Position numbers and translations under genes: made by a program | Shown here: one piece after another, positions 43,788 to 55,450 of the stretch | Layout: each line of letters begins with the position of its first letter | Numbering within the stretch: position 1 is the stretch's first letter | From: Octopus sinensis | Taxonomy: Eukaryota | Reading direction: 5' to 3' | DNA: 64,000 nucleotides | Assembly: GCF_006345805.1 (NCBI RefSeq) | Contig: NC_042997.1 | Span: 177,692,001 to 177,756,000, forward strand | Notes under the pieces: model-generated | Databases searched by the model: none | What the model saw: the letters and a program-made list of their open reading frames with translations, nothing else | Told to the model about the DNA's origin: nothing

Positions 43788-44084
43788 TGAAGGCGCGTGG
43801 CTTAGTGGTTAGGGACATTCGGCTCATGATCGTAAGGTCGTGAGTTCAATTCCCAGCGGCGCGTTGTGTCCTTGAGCAAGACACTTTATTTCACGTTGTT
43901 CCAGTCCACTCTGCTGGCAAAAATGAGTAGTACCTGTATTTCAAAGGGCCAGCCTAGTCACGTCCTGTGTTACGCTGAATCTCCCCGAGAACTACGTTAA
44001 AGGTACACGTGTTTGTGGAGTGCTCAGTCACTTACACGTTGATCGTATCAGCTGGGACCCTTGTCGTCGCAACCGACGGAGTGC
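43788..44084 (+). mobile_element. SINE family B with 16-bp TSD
   Basis: TSD tccttagagttgcatg at 43772-43787 and 44085-44100; CORE-like gtgtccttgagcaagacactt. Confidence 0.92.
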
Positions 44085-44657
44085 TCCTTAGAGTTGCATG
44101 ATATAACAATAATACTGTTCAATTTTACGCATATATCAGTTCAATTGCCCGGGATGGTTTGGGCAATTTATCAGAATGATCGTCAGGGTAACAAACCTGC
44201 TGCTTTGGAATAGTAATGTGGGCAATCAATGGAGAAACTGGAGTCGATGGACTTTAATGAATACTGCATGGAAGTGGATCTAGGATATTGTGAGAATGTG
44301 GGAAGCGGAAAAGAGGGTCGGCGAAAGTGAAGACGTGATGTGCATTAAGGAGACTTCGACCACGGTTGTTAGCTGGTTTATATTAATGGTAAAAGATCTT
44401 TTAAATAGCCCGGTGTATTTAGAGATTCCAGAGGGATGAGAAACAGAGGGAAGGGGAGAGAGAGAGATAGGAGAGAGGAAGAGAGAAATGAGAGAGAGAG
44501 AAATAGTTAAGTTGTTCTTCTGTTGTTAATTGTAATGCAGCGAAAAATATAACCAATAATGTTAAATTAAGCGAAATTACATTTATTCAAATCTAATTAC
44601 AGAGCTTCTCGCTCTCGATCCTTATTTCACATATATATGTGTGTGTATATATATATA

Positions 44658-44697
<40 letters not shown>

Positions 44698-45008
44698 CGC
44701 GCGCGCGTGTATGTATGTATGTATGTGTATATATATATATATAATATATATATATGTGTGTGTGTGTATATATATATATAATAGAAATATTAAAATTACT
44801 AAGTCTCTCTAAAGGAGATTTACGGCAGCGTTACTGGATATTAATAGTTATCGCCATACGAATATGGCAGTCTATAAATAAGACTAAAGCAGTCGCTGAT
44901 TAGCTCCAAGAGGCCATCGCCTCTAGCTAGCTATATGACACACGAACCTGCGTCCATTACAACCTTCGAACAGGGGAGGTCAGCCGCTTCAGCTTGCTAG
45001 TCAGACAT

Positions 45009-45049
45009 CTGCAGACATGTTTCAGGGATGTTGCCCTTTATCAATGCAG
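45009..45049 (-). ncRNA. Hammerhead ribozyme, U3-A8 core variant
   Basis: Reverse complement ctgca-TTGATAA-aggg(caacat)ccct-GAAA-catg-TC-tgcag. Confidence 0.78.
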
Positions 45050-45325
45050 CGTAGTCAGAACCAGCAGGTGTCGCTACTGACCGTCTGTTCGAAGATTTTA
45101 TTTACCTAGTTACAGTGGAATACATCCACTTGTTTTCAATAATAGAAATATTAAAATTACTAAGTCTCTCTAAAGGAGATTACGGCAGCGTTACTGGATA
45201 TTAATAGTTATCGCCATACTAATATGGCAGTCTATAAATAAGACTAAAGCAGTCGCTGATTAGCTCCAAGAGGCCATCGCCTCTAGCTAGCTATATGACA
45301 CACGAACCTGCTGGTTCTGACTACG

Positions 45326-45366
45326 CTGCATTGATAAAGGGCAACAACCCTGAAACATGTCTGCAG
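45326..45366 (+). ncRNA. Hammerhead ribozyme, U3-A8 core variant
   Basis: ctgca-TTGATAA-aggg(caacaa)ccct-GAAA-catg-TC-tgcag. Confidence 0.78.
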
Positions 45367-45530
45367 ATGTCTGACTAGCAAGGTGAAGCGGCTGACCTCC
45401 CTTGTTCGAAGGTTGTAATGGACGCAGGTTCGTGTGTCATATAGCTAGCTAGAGGCGATGGCCTCTTGGAGCTAATCAGCGACAGCTTTAGTCTTATTTA
45501 TAGACTGCCATATTAGTATGTCGATAACTA

Positions 45531-45576
<46 letters not shown>

Positions 45577-45731
45577 ATATATATCAGCTAAGAATCTGAG
45601 CCCGAAATTGCTTGGAGACACAAAGCATGTTATAAAAATTTTCCTAGAGCCGCGATTCCAAGCAAGAAACTATTGATAGCTCGTATCTTTATACAGTACA
45701 CATACATACACTATATGTATCTGTATATATG

Positions 45732-45766
<35 letters not shown>

Positions 45767-45944
45767 TATATATATAATATATTATATATATATATATATA
45801 TATATACGAGCAAAACGTACCCCGCCAAATGGACGGTGCTGAGTTGTCAAACATTTAAACCAAATTTTCTCAAAACAACTTGTCCGACCGTCCCATAGGC
45901 CTCCCCTTTGAGAAACCCTGATTTTAACCTAAATTTGAGACACC

Positions 45945-46265
45945 AGCCGGGCGAAATGATTATACGTATTTCGTCTGTCTACATTCTGAGATCAAATTCC
46001 GCCGAGATCGACTTTGCTTTACATCCTGTGGGCAATAAAGAAAATAAATATTTTACTAACTTAAGGTGGCAGAATCGTTAGCACGCAATATAAAACGCTA
46101 AGCGGGATTTCGTTCGTCTTCTCCTTCTAAGTTCAAATTCCGCCGAGGCCAACTTAATTTTTTCAGGGTCGATAAAATATGTACCAGTTGAGCACTGGGT
46201 TCGATGTAATCGACTTAACCTCTTCCCCAAAAATTGCTGGCCTTGTGCCAAAATTTGAAACCAAT
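45945..46265 (+). mobile_element. SINE family A fragments
   Basis: ccgggcgaaatg...gatcgactttgc and aaggtggcagaatcgttagc...gccaaaatttgaaacc. Confidence 0.75.
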
Positions 46266-46410
46266 ATGATACTAATCCTATCATTTACTCATCGCTTGAT
46301 TATTTCTAATTACATTCTTAATGCGCCAAACTGTGTTCACTTCACTGAATATTTTAGTTCTAACTTACATATATTTCGTTTTTGGATTTTGTTTGCAAGA
46401 TTCTTTAATT

Positions 46411-46686
46411 GAGTTCGTGTGTTGAAGCATATTCTGTTGTGTCTGGGGAGAGTCATTTTCTTTTTGTGCCTTATAATGTAACACACTCAACGGTAAAATT
46501 TCCACTTATTTCTTATTTTTATTTTCCTAAAATTTTCGTTGCGTCTTGCAACCTTTTCTATAGTCTTGACTCTGTCCGTTATTTACACTGCGTTCCTTTT
46601 TGTTTGTTTGTGCGCATGTGTGTGGGTCAGTGTGTATGTATGTGCTTATGCATGCATGCATGTACATATGTATGTGTGTATGTATG

Positions 46687-46737
<51 letters not shown>

Positions 46738-46951
46738 GCATCTGTATGTATGTGTCCTGTATATTCATGCGCACAAACAAACAAAAAGGAACGCAGTGTA
46801 AATAACGGACAGTGTCAAGACTACTGAAAGGTTGCAAGATACAACGAAAATTTTAGGAAAATAAAAATAAGAAATAAGTGGAAATTTTGCCGGTGAGTGT
46901 GTTACATTATAAGGCACAAAAAGAAAATGACTCTCCCCAGACACAACAGAA
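46411..46951. mobile_element. Foldback element (~190-bp arms around a (TG)n spacer)
   Basis: attctgttgtgtctggggagagtc...gtgcgcatg versus catgcgcac...gactctccccagacacaacagaat. Confidence 0.85.
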
Positions 46952-47643
46952 TTACATATAACAACTGACACGAAATCCCTAATTCGATAACTTATTGCCA
47001 ATAGCCCATCTATGTACTATGTTCTTTGTCTGTAATAATTTCTGCTCTTTTAATCAGCCATTGCTTGTGAACTACCTGCTCCCGAATTAAATCGACCCAC
47101 TTCCTCCATCATTACTCCGAGTCAATGAGCCACTGTGGTCGCTCGACTGACATGAAACTGCAATCAATCTCCCTTAAACCATTCAATAACGTAGTCCTAC
47201 ATGTACCTTAAAAGATTTGGGTGGTCTTAGCTGGAATACTTTTGATTATTTGTCAGCAGCGAACTACCTGCACCTGAATGAAATCGATGCATCATCTCAC
47301 TTCCCACATCATCACTCGGAATCAACAAGTCAGTCTGTTGTCGCTTGTCCCTTGCTATAAACTATAGCCTAAATCTTTACACTACTAACTTAAGAAAGGA
47401 AAGACATTTAACAACGTAGTCCTACATGCACTCCTGAATGCCTTTGATCGTAAGCCTGCTCGTCTAGGGATGACCTGGGGTTAAACAACAATCAGAACAT
47501 TATCTTTCAGGCATTATATTTCCAGGCGGTGAACTAAACATTTTTCTCGGTTGCTCCCCTCTATAGCAGCAATCCTCTCTAGAACAACTTTCCTTCTTCT
47601 AAAAAAAAATATCAGTAAAAGTTCCAGAGGAAAATCATCTGCA

Positions 47644-47911
47644 GTGTCTGGGAAGAGTCATTTTCTTTTTGTGCCTTATAATGTAACATACTCACCGGTA
47701 AAATTTCCACTTATTTCTTATTTTTATTTTCTTAAAATTTTCGTTGCGTCTTGCAACCTTTTCAATAGCCTTGAGTCAAGACTACTGAAAAGGTTGCAAG
47801 ACGCAACGAAAATTTTAGGAAAATAAAAAAAAGAAATAAGTGGAAATTTTAAGGCACAAAAAGAAAATGACTCTCCTCAGACACAACAGAATATGCTTCA
47901 ACACACGAACT
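47644..47911. mobile_element. Second foldback copy of the same family, without a spacer
   Basis: Folds at ccttgagtcaag; ends acacgaactc, the reverse complement of the 46411 terminus. Confidence 0.85.
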
Positions 47912-48675
47912 CATATAAATAATCTTGCAAACCAAATGGAAAGACGAAATATCATCTGCAGTGTTCTAATCAATCTCTCAGGTTGTGATATGCAAATGTC
48001 TACAGGAACTGCATCGCTTTTTTCGTACCATATAATTGCTTCTAACACAGACTCTTGTACTTTATTTTATCGACCATAAGGGGATTAAAAGACAAAGCTG
48101 ACCTCAATGGAAACTGAACTCAGAGCATAAAAAGCCGAAATAAATACCGCAAGGCATTTTATCTGACGCCCTGACGATTCTGACATTCCACCGTCGGAAG
48201 CGGTAAAGCGTACGATAAAGGAAATGAATGACGTTTATCAAACAAATAGGAATATAGTTAACCAACAGTTGATTTCTCGCTTCTGTACACACGACATAAA
48301 CTTTTTATAGAGGCTTCTTTAGACTGGGATAAAAATTAAAAACAAAAAACTGAAGCCTGTCTCAAGTTGACAGGGATAAGCTCCGATTACACCGGAGCTT
48401 ATTCTAGTTCCTGTCGCATTTAAGCAACTGTCAGCACAAGACTTCTTTCAGATAATGATGCTAGTTCGTCGCGAAGATAATCTGTCTTTTTAGTTGAGTG
48501 AACTGCAGCAATGTAAAATAAGTTCCTTGCACAAGGACACAGCGTGCTGCCGAGCCCATAAAACAGGATTTTGTGACATTCATAACTTACCGAATGACAT
48601 TCAGCAGTTTCTATTATCACCTAAAATCGAAACTGGATTTTTCTTTGATTTAATTAATCACCTTTTTAATTATAA

Positions 48676-49063
48676 CTAGCAGTATCGCCCGTCGTTGCTC
48701 GGGTTTGTTTCGACCCTTTAGAATTGGAAGTTTTGAAAAGTAAAATTTTTGCATTTTGTAGTTTGTTGTTCTCTTTAAGTTAACATTTTTCTGGTTATAC
48801 ACCGAAAAATGGCAACACAGCAGTCAAAAAATCGTAAAAAAATGGGGATTTTCATAGAAAAAAAGCACCTTTTTTATGTAAATAATTTTTGGTGTTAACA
48901 TGGTCCGATTTGAATTTTTTCTTCTACGGAAGGAAGAGCAAGCCTTCTTCTATCATACTCCCAATTTTGGTCAACTTGCGCCGCAGGGTCTCGGAGGAAA
49001 TAGTGTTAGTTGAAGGCTACCAAACCTGCCATACACAGACAACTTCAGCTTTATATATAGAGA
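48676..49063 (-). mobile_element. Non-autonomous Helitron, 388 bp
   Basis: Minus strand starts TCTCTATATATAAAG and ends with the cccgagcaacgacggg hairpin + CTAG; inserted between A and T. Confidence 0.88.
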
Positions 49064-50064
49064 TTAGTAAACAATAGTATTGTTTATTACATGCTTCCAG
49101 GTGATTACTGCTTTTCTGGCGGTCAGATTGACAGGAGTACCTATAATTCGCAGCTGAGCAAATATCGCAGGGGAACTTCGCTCACGAAGCACTGGTTTTT
49201 CGGTTTTCTCACCGATGTTTACATCGTTCGCTGATATATGCATGTGTGTCTCCACATCACTCGGGCTAGAGATGATAAAAGAATATACGACAGACTTCCG
49301 CACGATTTCCATCTCGTAAGGCATTAATCAACTCGAGAAAATGGCAGTCGTTTGTTTCGAAGGTACTGTGTAATAAAATAAAAACCCTGTAATAACTTGG
49401 TTACCACCCGAACTTCTTAGCCACGCGGCTATACCGCTTAGTCTTCTACGCTCTGCTCATTATGGTTTAATAGCGCTGAACTTAATGCTTTTGAAGAGCA
49501 TCTTGGGATAAAATAAAAGCATAAACAAATAGCAATTAAAATAATCATTCCGACTCCATTAATGACGCTAACACCAAGGAAGACATTTTAGATTTAGAAT
49601 TAGAATAGATAATGACCTCACGCACATTTTCAGATAACTGATTGCGGAAAAGGAGACAGTTTAAATACTAACCACACAACTCACTATTTCCCATTCTCTC
49701 TATCTATCTCTCTTTCTCTCTCTCTCTCTCACTCACTCTCTCTCTTTCTCTCTCTCTCTTCCTCTTTCTCTCTCTCCCTCTCTTTCTCTCCTTCCCTATC
49801 AAAACTAATCCACGTATTCCTCTATTTTCTATAAGCTTTCCTCAATCCAACAACTAAAATCCACGAAGAAGTGGTTATATTTCGAACATTTGTTTGATAA
49901 AATCTTTATTCTTTTTCAAATTTTGTTTTCAGCAACAGTGTGTTTTTTTATTCTCGTTTTTTTTTTGTTGTTATTATTGTTACTATCAGTTATTATTTAT
50001 TTGTTTTCATTTTCCAATGTGTGTGTGTGTGGTTTGTGGTTTTATTATTATTATCGTTAATAAC

Positions 50065-50729
50065 AAGGCGGCGAGCGGGCAGAATTTTTACTGCGCCATA
50101 CAAAATGCTTAGCGCTATTTCTTCCGACCGACCTTACGCCAAGGTCGACTTTGCCGTTCATTCTTTCGGAGTCGATAAAATAAGTACCAGATAAACACTA
50201 GGGTCGATGTAACCGACTTGCCCCTCCCATATTCCTGGCCTCGTGCCAGAATTGGAAACAGTTATTATTATTGTTGTTGCTGTTATTCTTGTTGTTGATC
50301 ATCTCTGGAACTAAGGCAGCGAGCTTGCAGAAATGTTAGCACGCCGGGCGTATTTCGTCTGCCGTTACGTTCTGAGTTCAAATCCCGCCGAGGTCGACTT
50401 TGCCTTTCATCTTTTCGAGCTCGATAAATTAAGTACCAGATACGCACTGGCGGTCGATATAATCGACTTAATCCGTCTGTCTGTCCTTGTTTGTCTCCTT
50501 TGTGTTTAGCCCCTTGTGCGTAGTAAAGAAATAGTTATTTCTTCCGACCTTACGCCAAGGTCGACTTTGCCGTTCATTCTTTTGGGGTCGATAAAATAAG
50601 TACCAGATAAACATTAGGGTCGATGTAACCGACTTGCCTCTCCCCATATTCCTGGCCTCGTGCAAGAATTGAAAACAATTATTATTATTGTTGTTGCTGT
50701 TATTCTTGTTGTTGATTATCTCCGGAACT
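50065..50729 (+). mobile_element. Old SINE A plus a tailless SINE A (50313-50533) flanked by a ~196-bp duplication
   Basis: 50114-50312 repeated at 50534-50729. Confidence 0.88.
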
Positions 50730-51175
50730 GGATGTGTTTCGGAAAATCCGTGTGTTTGTGCCTTTTTTTTTTCTTTTTAGAAGTCTTTTTTTGTTGATTT
50801 TATAGTTGATCAGAACCATAAGTAGCTGATCGACTATTTTTGTTACTTGCCCTACGGAGCAAAATTTTAGAAGGAAATTTTTGAAACATGAAAGAATTTT
50901 CAAAATGGCGTCGTCTTCGTCGTCCACTCAGCAAGAGAGGAAGTTGGGCGAAGGTTTTGAAAGGTTAAACTATCTTTTGCATTCATTTTCTACTATACAA
51001 TACTACAGATGTAGTAGTAACTAAAAACGTATTATTTGCGTTGTATCAGTAGCAACAATAACAACAACATCGACTATAAGAGGTAGCAACAAGAAAAAAG
51101 ATATGTTAAACAAAATTTAAGAAAAGTAGTAAAAAAGAGTTGGAGTACAAGTAATAACGTAAGAAAGAGAAAAAT

Positions 51176-51220
<45 letters not shown>

Positions 51221-51239
51221 CAGAACAGACAGACCTCGC

Positions 51240-51279
<40 letters not shown>

Positions 51280-51286
51280 TACAGAC

Positions 51287-51356
<70 letters not shown>

Positions 51357-51601
51357 CAAAAGTAAGAAAAAAGAATAAATATGTAAATAGAAAGGAAGAA
51401 AGAAAACGCAAATTGAGAACGAAAAAGGAAAGAAAGAAAGAAAGAAAGAATGAGAGAGAGAGAGAAAAAGAAAGAAAGAAAGAGAGAGAGAATGAAAGAG
51501 CGAGAGAGAAAGAAAGACGAGAAAGAAGAAAGAAAGAAAGACAGTAAAGAAAATAAAGAATAAAGAAATAAAAAGAAAGAGAGAAAGAAAAGGGGAAGAT
51601 A

Positions 51602-51656
<55 letters not shown>

Positions 51657-51750
51657 GGAAAGATCGAAAGAAGAAAGAAGAAAGAAAGAAGTAAAAAGAA
51701 GAGGGAAGATAGAAGAAAGAAAGAGAAAGAAAGAAGAGAAGAAAGAGAAA

Positions 51751-51788
<38 letters not shown>

Positions 51789-51870
51789 AGAAAGAAATAG
51801 AAAGAAAGAAAGAAAGAGAGAGTAAGAGAGAAAGAGAGAGTGAAAGAAAGAGAGAAACAAACAAACAAAT
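51176..51870. repeat. (TAGA)n/(CAGA)n and a long (AAAG/AG)n polypurine tract
   Basis: Direct reading. Confidence 0.95.
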
Positions 51871-51889
51871 ATGGAGAGCAAGGCAAATT

Positions 51890-52216
51890 AAGCGTTCAGC
51901 GAAAGGCCTTCTCGAGATTCATATAAAAAATATGGGCGACATCATTGTCAGATTTGAGGTGAACGGAGTCATGACTAACGAATAAATTTCCTCTCGCGTA
52001 GATAGGGGTTAAATGTGCCTGATTGGGCATTCATATATATATAATGCCGGGATGTAATAGTTTTTCACTGGCTCAGCAAATCAGAGGCATTTAACCCTCT
52101 ATTGCAAGAGAGGAAATTTATTTTCCAATACTGGACGCATCTACTCTAAATCCGACATAATGCCGCCCGAATTTTCCTCTGCAGGCTCCGTTAAGGTGAC
52201 AAGGCATTGAACGCAT
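51890..52216. repeat. Ancient imperfect palindrome, ~325 bp
   Basis: aataaatttcctctc/gagaggaaatttatt, gggttaaatg/catttaaccc, gggcgacat/atgccgccc, gcgttca/tgaacgc. Confidence 0.75.
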
Positions 52217-52754
52217 AGTTTACTTTATTCATTTATTTTATTTTATTTTATTTTTCTTTCCTTCTTTCTTCCTATGTTAATTTGCGGAAGGATTTTTTTT
52301 CTGTATTGCTTTCTATTTAATTACTTTACTACTTCGCTTGTTCTTCCGATCTTTGTCTCTTTAATATCTTCCTTTCTTTTTTCTTTCTTCCTTACCAATG
52401 TTCTTTATCTTTCTCTGGTTCGTCCTGTTTTATTCTATTCTATTTCCATTGTTCCTTGTACTGTGGCTTTATCGAAAATTAATCACTTTTATTATTTTAT
52501 ACATAAAAAAAAAGACAGGAGACTTTCCAGAATAGTGCTCTCCATTAACACAGTATTCACAAACAAGACTTCTTAATACAGCTTTCCTCTGAATCCTTGT
52601 AAGAAAAATAAACACGGGATGGAGTGTATCAGCACAATTAGCGTGGATTCATGGGATGTTTGCATTACCCTAATTAAAGCTGGTGGGGTCTTCTCAGATT
52701 GAAATTGACAATTGTAATATTCAGGTTAGTAAATAATATCCAGTTTCATATATA

Positions 52755-52801
<47 letters not shown>

Positions 52802-53205
52802 GTATGTATGTATGTATGTATGTATGTATGTGTGTATGTATATATATATATATATATATATACATATATATATTATATGTATGTATGTATATGTATATAT
52901 ACACACCTACACTCACACACACACATATATATAAAATAATGAAGGCGGCAATATAAAACCAAATAACCAAATATTCAATCGTTACTAATTGTGACTGACG
53001 GTGCACCTACATTCCTAGAAATAAAAATTAAAGACCCTTAGAGATGCAAAAAAACACATGTCTATACACTGAAAGGGGAGATGACCGCCCCTGCAGCGAG
53101 CGAGCTGAATTTCCGACTCGAATAGTGCAAACCACTTCAAATCATTGTTTTAGTGTCCCTGTGAATGGAGTTAGGACTGGCTTGCTTGCACTGGTATTGA
53201 GTCAT

Positions 53206-53535
53206 TAAAAAAAAGACTCCGCCGGTTACGACGACGAGGGTCCCAGCTGATACGATCAACGGAACAGCTTGCTCGTGAAATTAACGTGCAAATGGCTGAG
53301 CATTCCACAGACACGTGTACCCTTAACGTAGTTCTCGGGGATAATCAGCGTGACACAGAGAGTGACAAGGCTGACCCTTTGAAATACAAGTACAACTCAT
53401 TTTTGCCAGCTGAGTGGACTGGAGCAACGTGAAATAAAGTGTCTTGCTCAAGGACACAACGCGCCGCCGGGAATCGAACTCACAACCTTACGATCATGAG
53501 CCGAATGCCCTAACCACTAAGCCACGCGCCTTCAC
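53206..53535 (-). mobile_element. SINE family B with 11-bp TSD
   Basis: TSD tattgagtcat at 53195-53205 and 53536-53546. Confidence 0.92.
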
Positions 53536-53553
53536 TATTGAGTCATATGATGT

Positions 53554-53814
53554 ATAATAATGAAGTTGTACTAAGTAATGATATTTACAACGCATTTAAG
53601 ACGTACTTTTCAGATAACTACGCAATGGATAAACAGGAATTTCATCTCTTACGCAAAATCTTCATCAGTTAAAACATTTAAACAATTTTTTGTTTTAACT
53701 AAGGAGGATTTTTCGTAAGAAATGGAGTTCCCTTTTTATCAATTGTGCAATTATCTGAGACGCACATATTAAATGCATCTAAACTATCATTACTTAGGTT
53801 GCCTTCATTATTAT
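53554..53814. repeat. Imperfect foldback, ~260 bp
   Basis: ataataatgaag...cagttaaaaca versus tgttttaact...cttcattattat. Confidence 0.75.
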
Positions 53815-54064
53815 ATGTCTATTTATGTGTATGTATGTATGTGTAGATATAAATAAAAGCATACGTTACAGTCGATTTTACCAATCGGTTTTGCCTCGGA
53901 TATTAGATAATCGGATGATTATCGTGTACACACGCTCTTCGGGAAACTGTTATTGGAAGTAAGGAAATATCACATCCGGTTTATATGTGCTGTGAAAAAA
54001 GTCGAAACGAAGTCACACGAGAGAATCAAGAGCTACTTCCACACGTTTGACTGCTCGCTGCAGT

Positions 54065-54200
54065 CCTTTGACGTCACCTCTGCCTCATACACGACGGTCT
54101 TTGCGTTGCAGTGGCCGCTGAGGAGATATGTGGTATTACCTCAGCATGAGCATCTTGCCTCAGTCTCAGGTATAGACCTACTCACTATTTTCACTATACT
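54065..54200 (-). pseudogene. Penelope-like (Neptune-type) Cys-rich linker / GIY-YIG start fragment
   Basis: ARCSC*GNTTYLLSGHCNAKTVVYEAEVTS resembles CxC....CPL.G.C....V.Y.A.V. Confidence 0.65.
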
Positions 54201-54559
54201 CACATACATACAAATACACACGTATTTACTTATATACACGTATGGATTTTCTTCCATATAATTATATATGTGTGTGTGTGCGTTATTGCGCATGCGCTCT
54301 AACAGAGAAAGAGAGGGAGAGAGAGACGCATAGAGAATTGGCATTAAGATTGAGAGAAGCAATTGTAAATATCCCATCAAAACCATTTTGACATGTATAT
54401 CGTATTAACACCGAATCGGAAACCTCAAACCCTTCAACTCACCAAAACCACCCCCACTTTTGTAGATTCCTTTCGGTAATAAAACAGACAGATTTGGCCA
54501 GGAAATCTCGCCCCTGTTCTTTCACATTAGACAAATATCAAACCACGTTCTTGCATATG

Positions 54560-54720
54560 CAAGGGAGACATAAGGTCTTTCATGTTAGATCTATCAGCGC
54601 TAATTGATGTTTTATTGACTCTCCGCTGGACTTTTTCTGATTTAATTTTGTCAATGGACATGTGTAGACCAATATCAACACTGCGAATTATATTGATATG
54701 GGAAGTCTGGCTCACACACA
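54560..54720 (-). pseudogene. Possible CR1/L2 LINE ORF2 C-terminal relic
   Basis: IDKIKSEKVQRRVNK resembles the LEKVQRRATK motif; heavily decayed. Confidence 0.35.
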
Positions 54721-54747
54721 CCAATTTGACTTCATGCACCGGTACAT

Positions 54748-54797
<50 letters not shown>

Positions 54798-54884
54798 TGT
54801 TGTTGTTGTTGTTGTTGTTGTAGTTGTAGTAGTAGTAGTAGTAGTAGTAGTTGTTGTTGTTGTTGTAGTTGTAGCAGTAATTGT

Positions 54885-54916
<32 letters not shown>

Positions 54917-55399
54917 TAGTAGTTGTTGTTGTTGTTGTTGTTGCTGTAGTTGTAGCAGCAGCGGCAGCAGCAGTAGTAGTAGTAGTAGTAGTAGTTGTTG
55001 TTGTTGTTGTTGTTGTTGTTGTTGCAGCAGTAGTTGTAGTAGTAGTTGTTGTTGTTGTAGTTGTAGCAGTAGTTGTAGCAGTAGTTGTAGCAGTAGTAGC
55101 AGTAGTAGTAGTAGTAGTAGTAGTAGTAGTTGTTGTTGTTGTTGTTGTTGTTGTAGTTGTAGTAGTAGTAGTAATAGTAGTAGTAGTAGCAGTAGTTGTA
55201 GCAGTAGTTGTAGCAGTAGTTGTAGCAGTAGTAGCAGTAGCAGTAGTTGTTGTTGTTGTTGTTGTTGTTGTTGTAGTTGTAGTAGTAGTAGTAGTAATAG
55301 TAGTAGTAGTAGTAGTAGCAGCAGCAGCAACAGCAGCGGCGGCGGCGGCGGCGGTGGTGGTGGTGGTGGTGGTGGTGGTGGGGTGGTGGTGGGGGTGGG

Positions 55400-55434
<35 letters not shown>

Positions 55435-55450
55435 CAGCAGCAGCAGCAAT
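54748..55450. repeat. Compound triplet array (GTA/GTT/GCA/GCG/GTG)n
   Basis: Direct reading. Confidence 0.95.

Larger units (their letters stand above)
44780..45538. mobile_element. Retrozyme-like element: ~1.5 tandem copies of a 361-bp unit plus an inverted partial copy, inside (TA)n
   Basis: atagaaatattaaaattac at 44781 and 45142; inverted copy at 45311-45538; hammerheads at 45009-45049 (-) and 45326-45366 (+). Confidence 0.8.

Noticed and set aside
45921-45921. End of a hAT-like terminal motif tttgagaaaccctg (~45907-45920)
   Set aside because: No partner TIR or 8-bp TSD found.
49064-49324. Possible host exon (86-aa minus-strand ORF, or plus-strand ttccag acceptor at ~49100)
   Set aside because: No recognisable domain, plus-strand frames stop early, and no partner exons were found.
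51074-51886. Hydrophobic 200-270-aa ORFs
   Set aside because: Translations of the (CTTT)n polypyrimidine strand, not membrane proteins.
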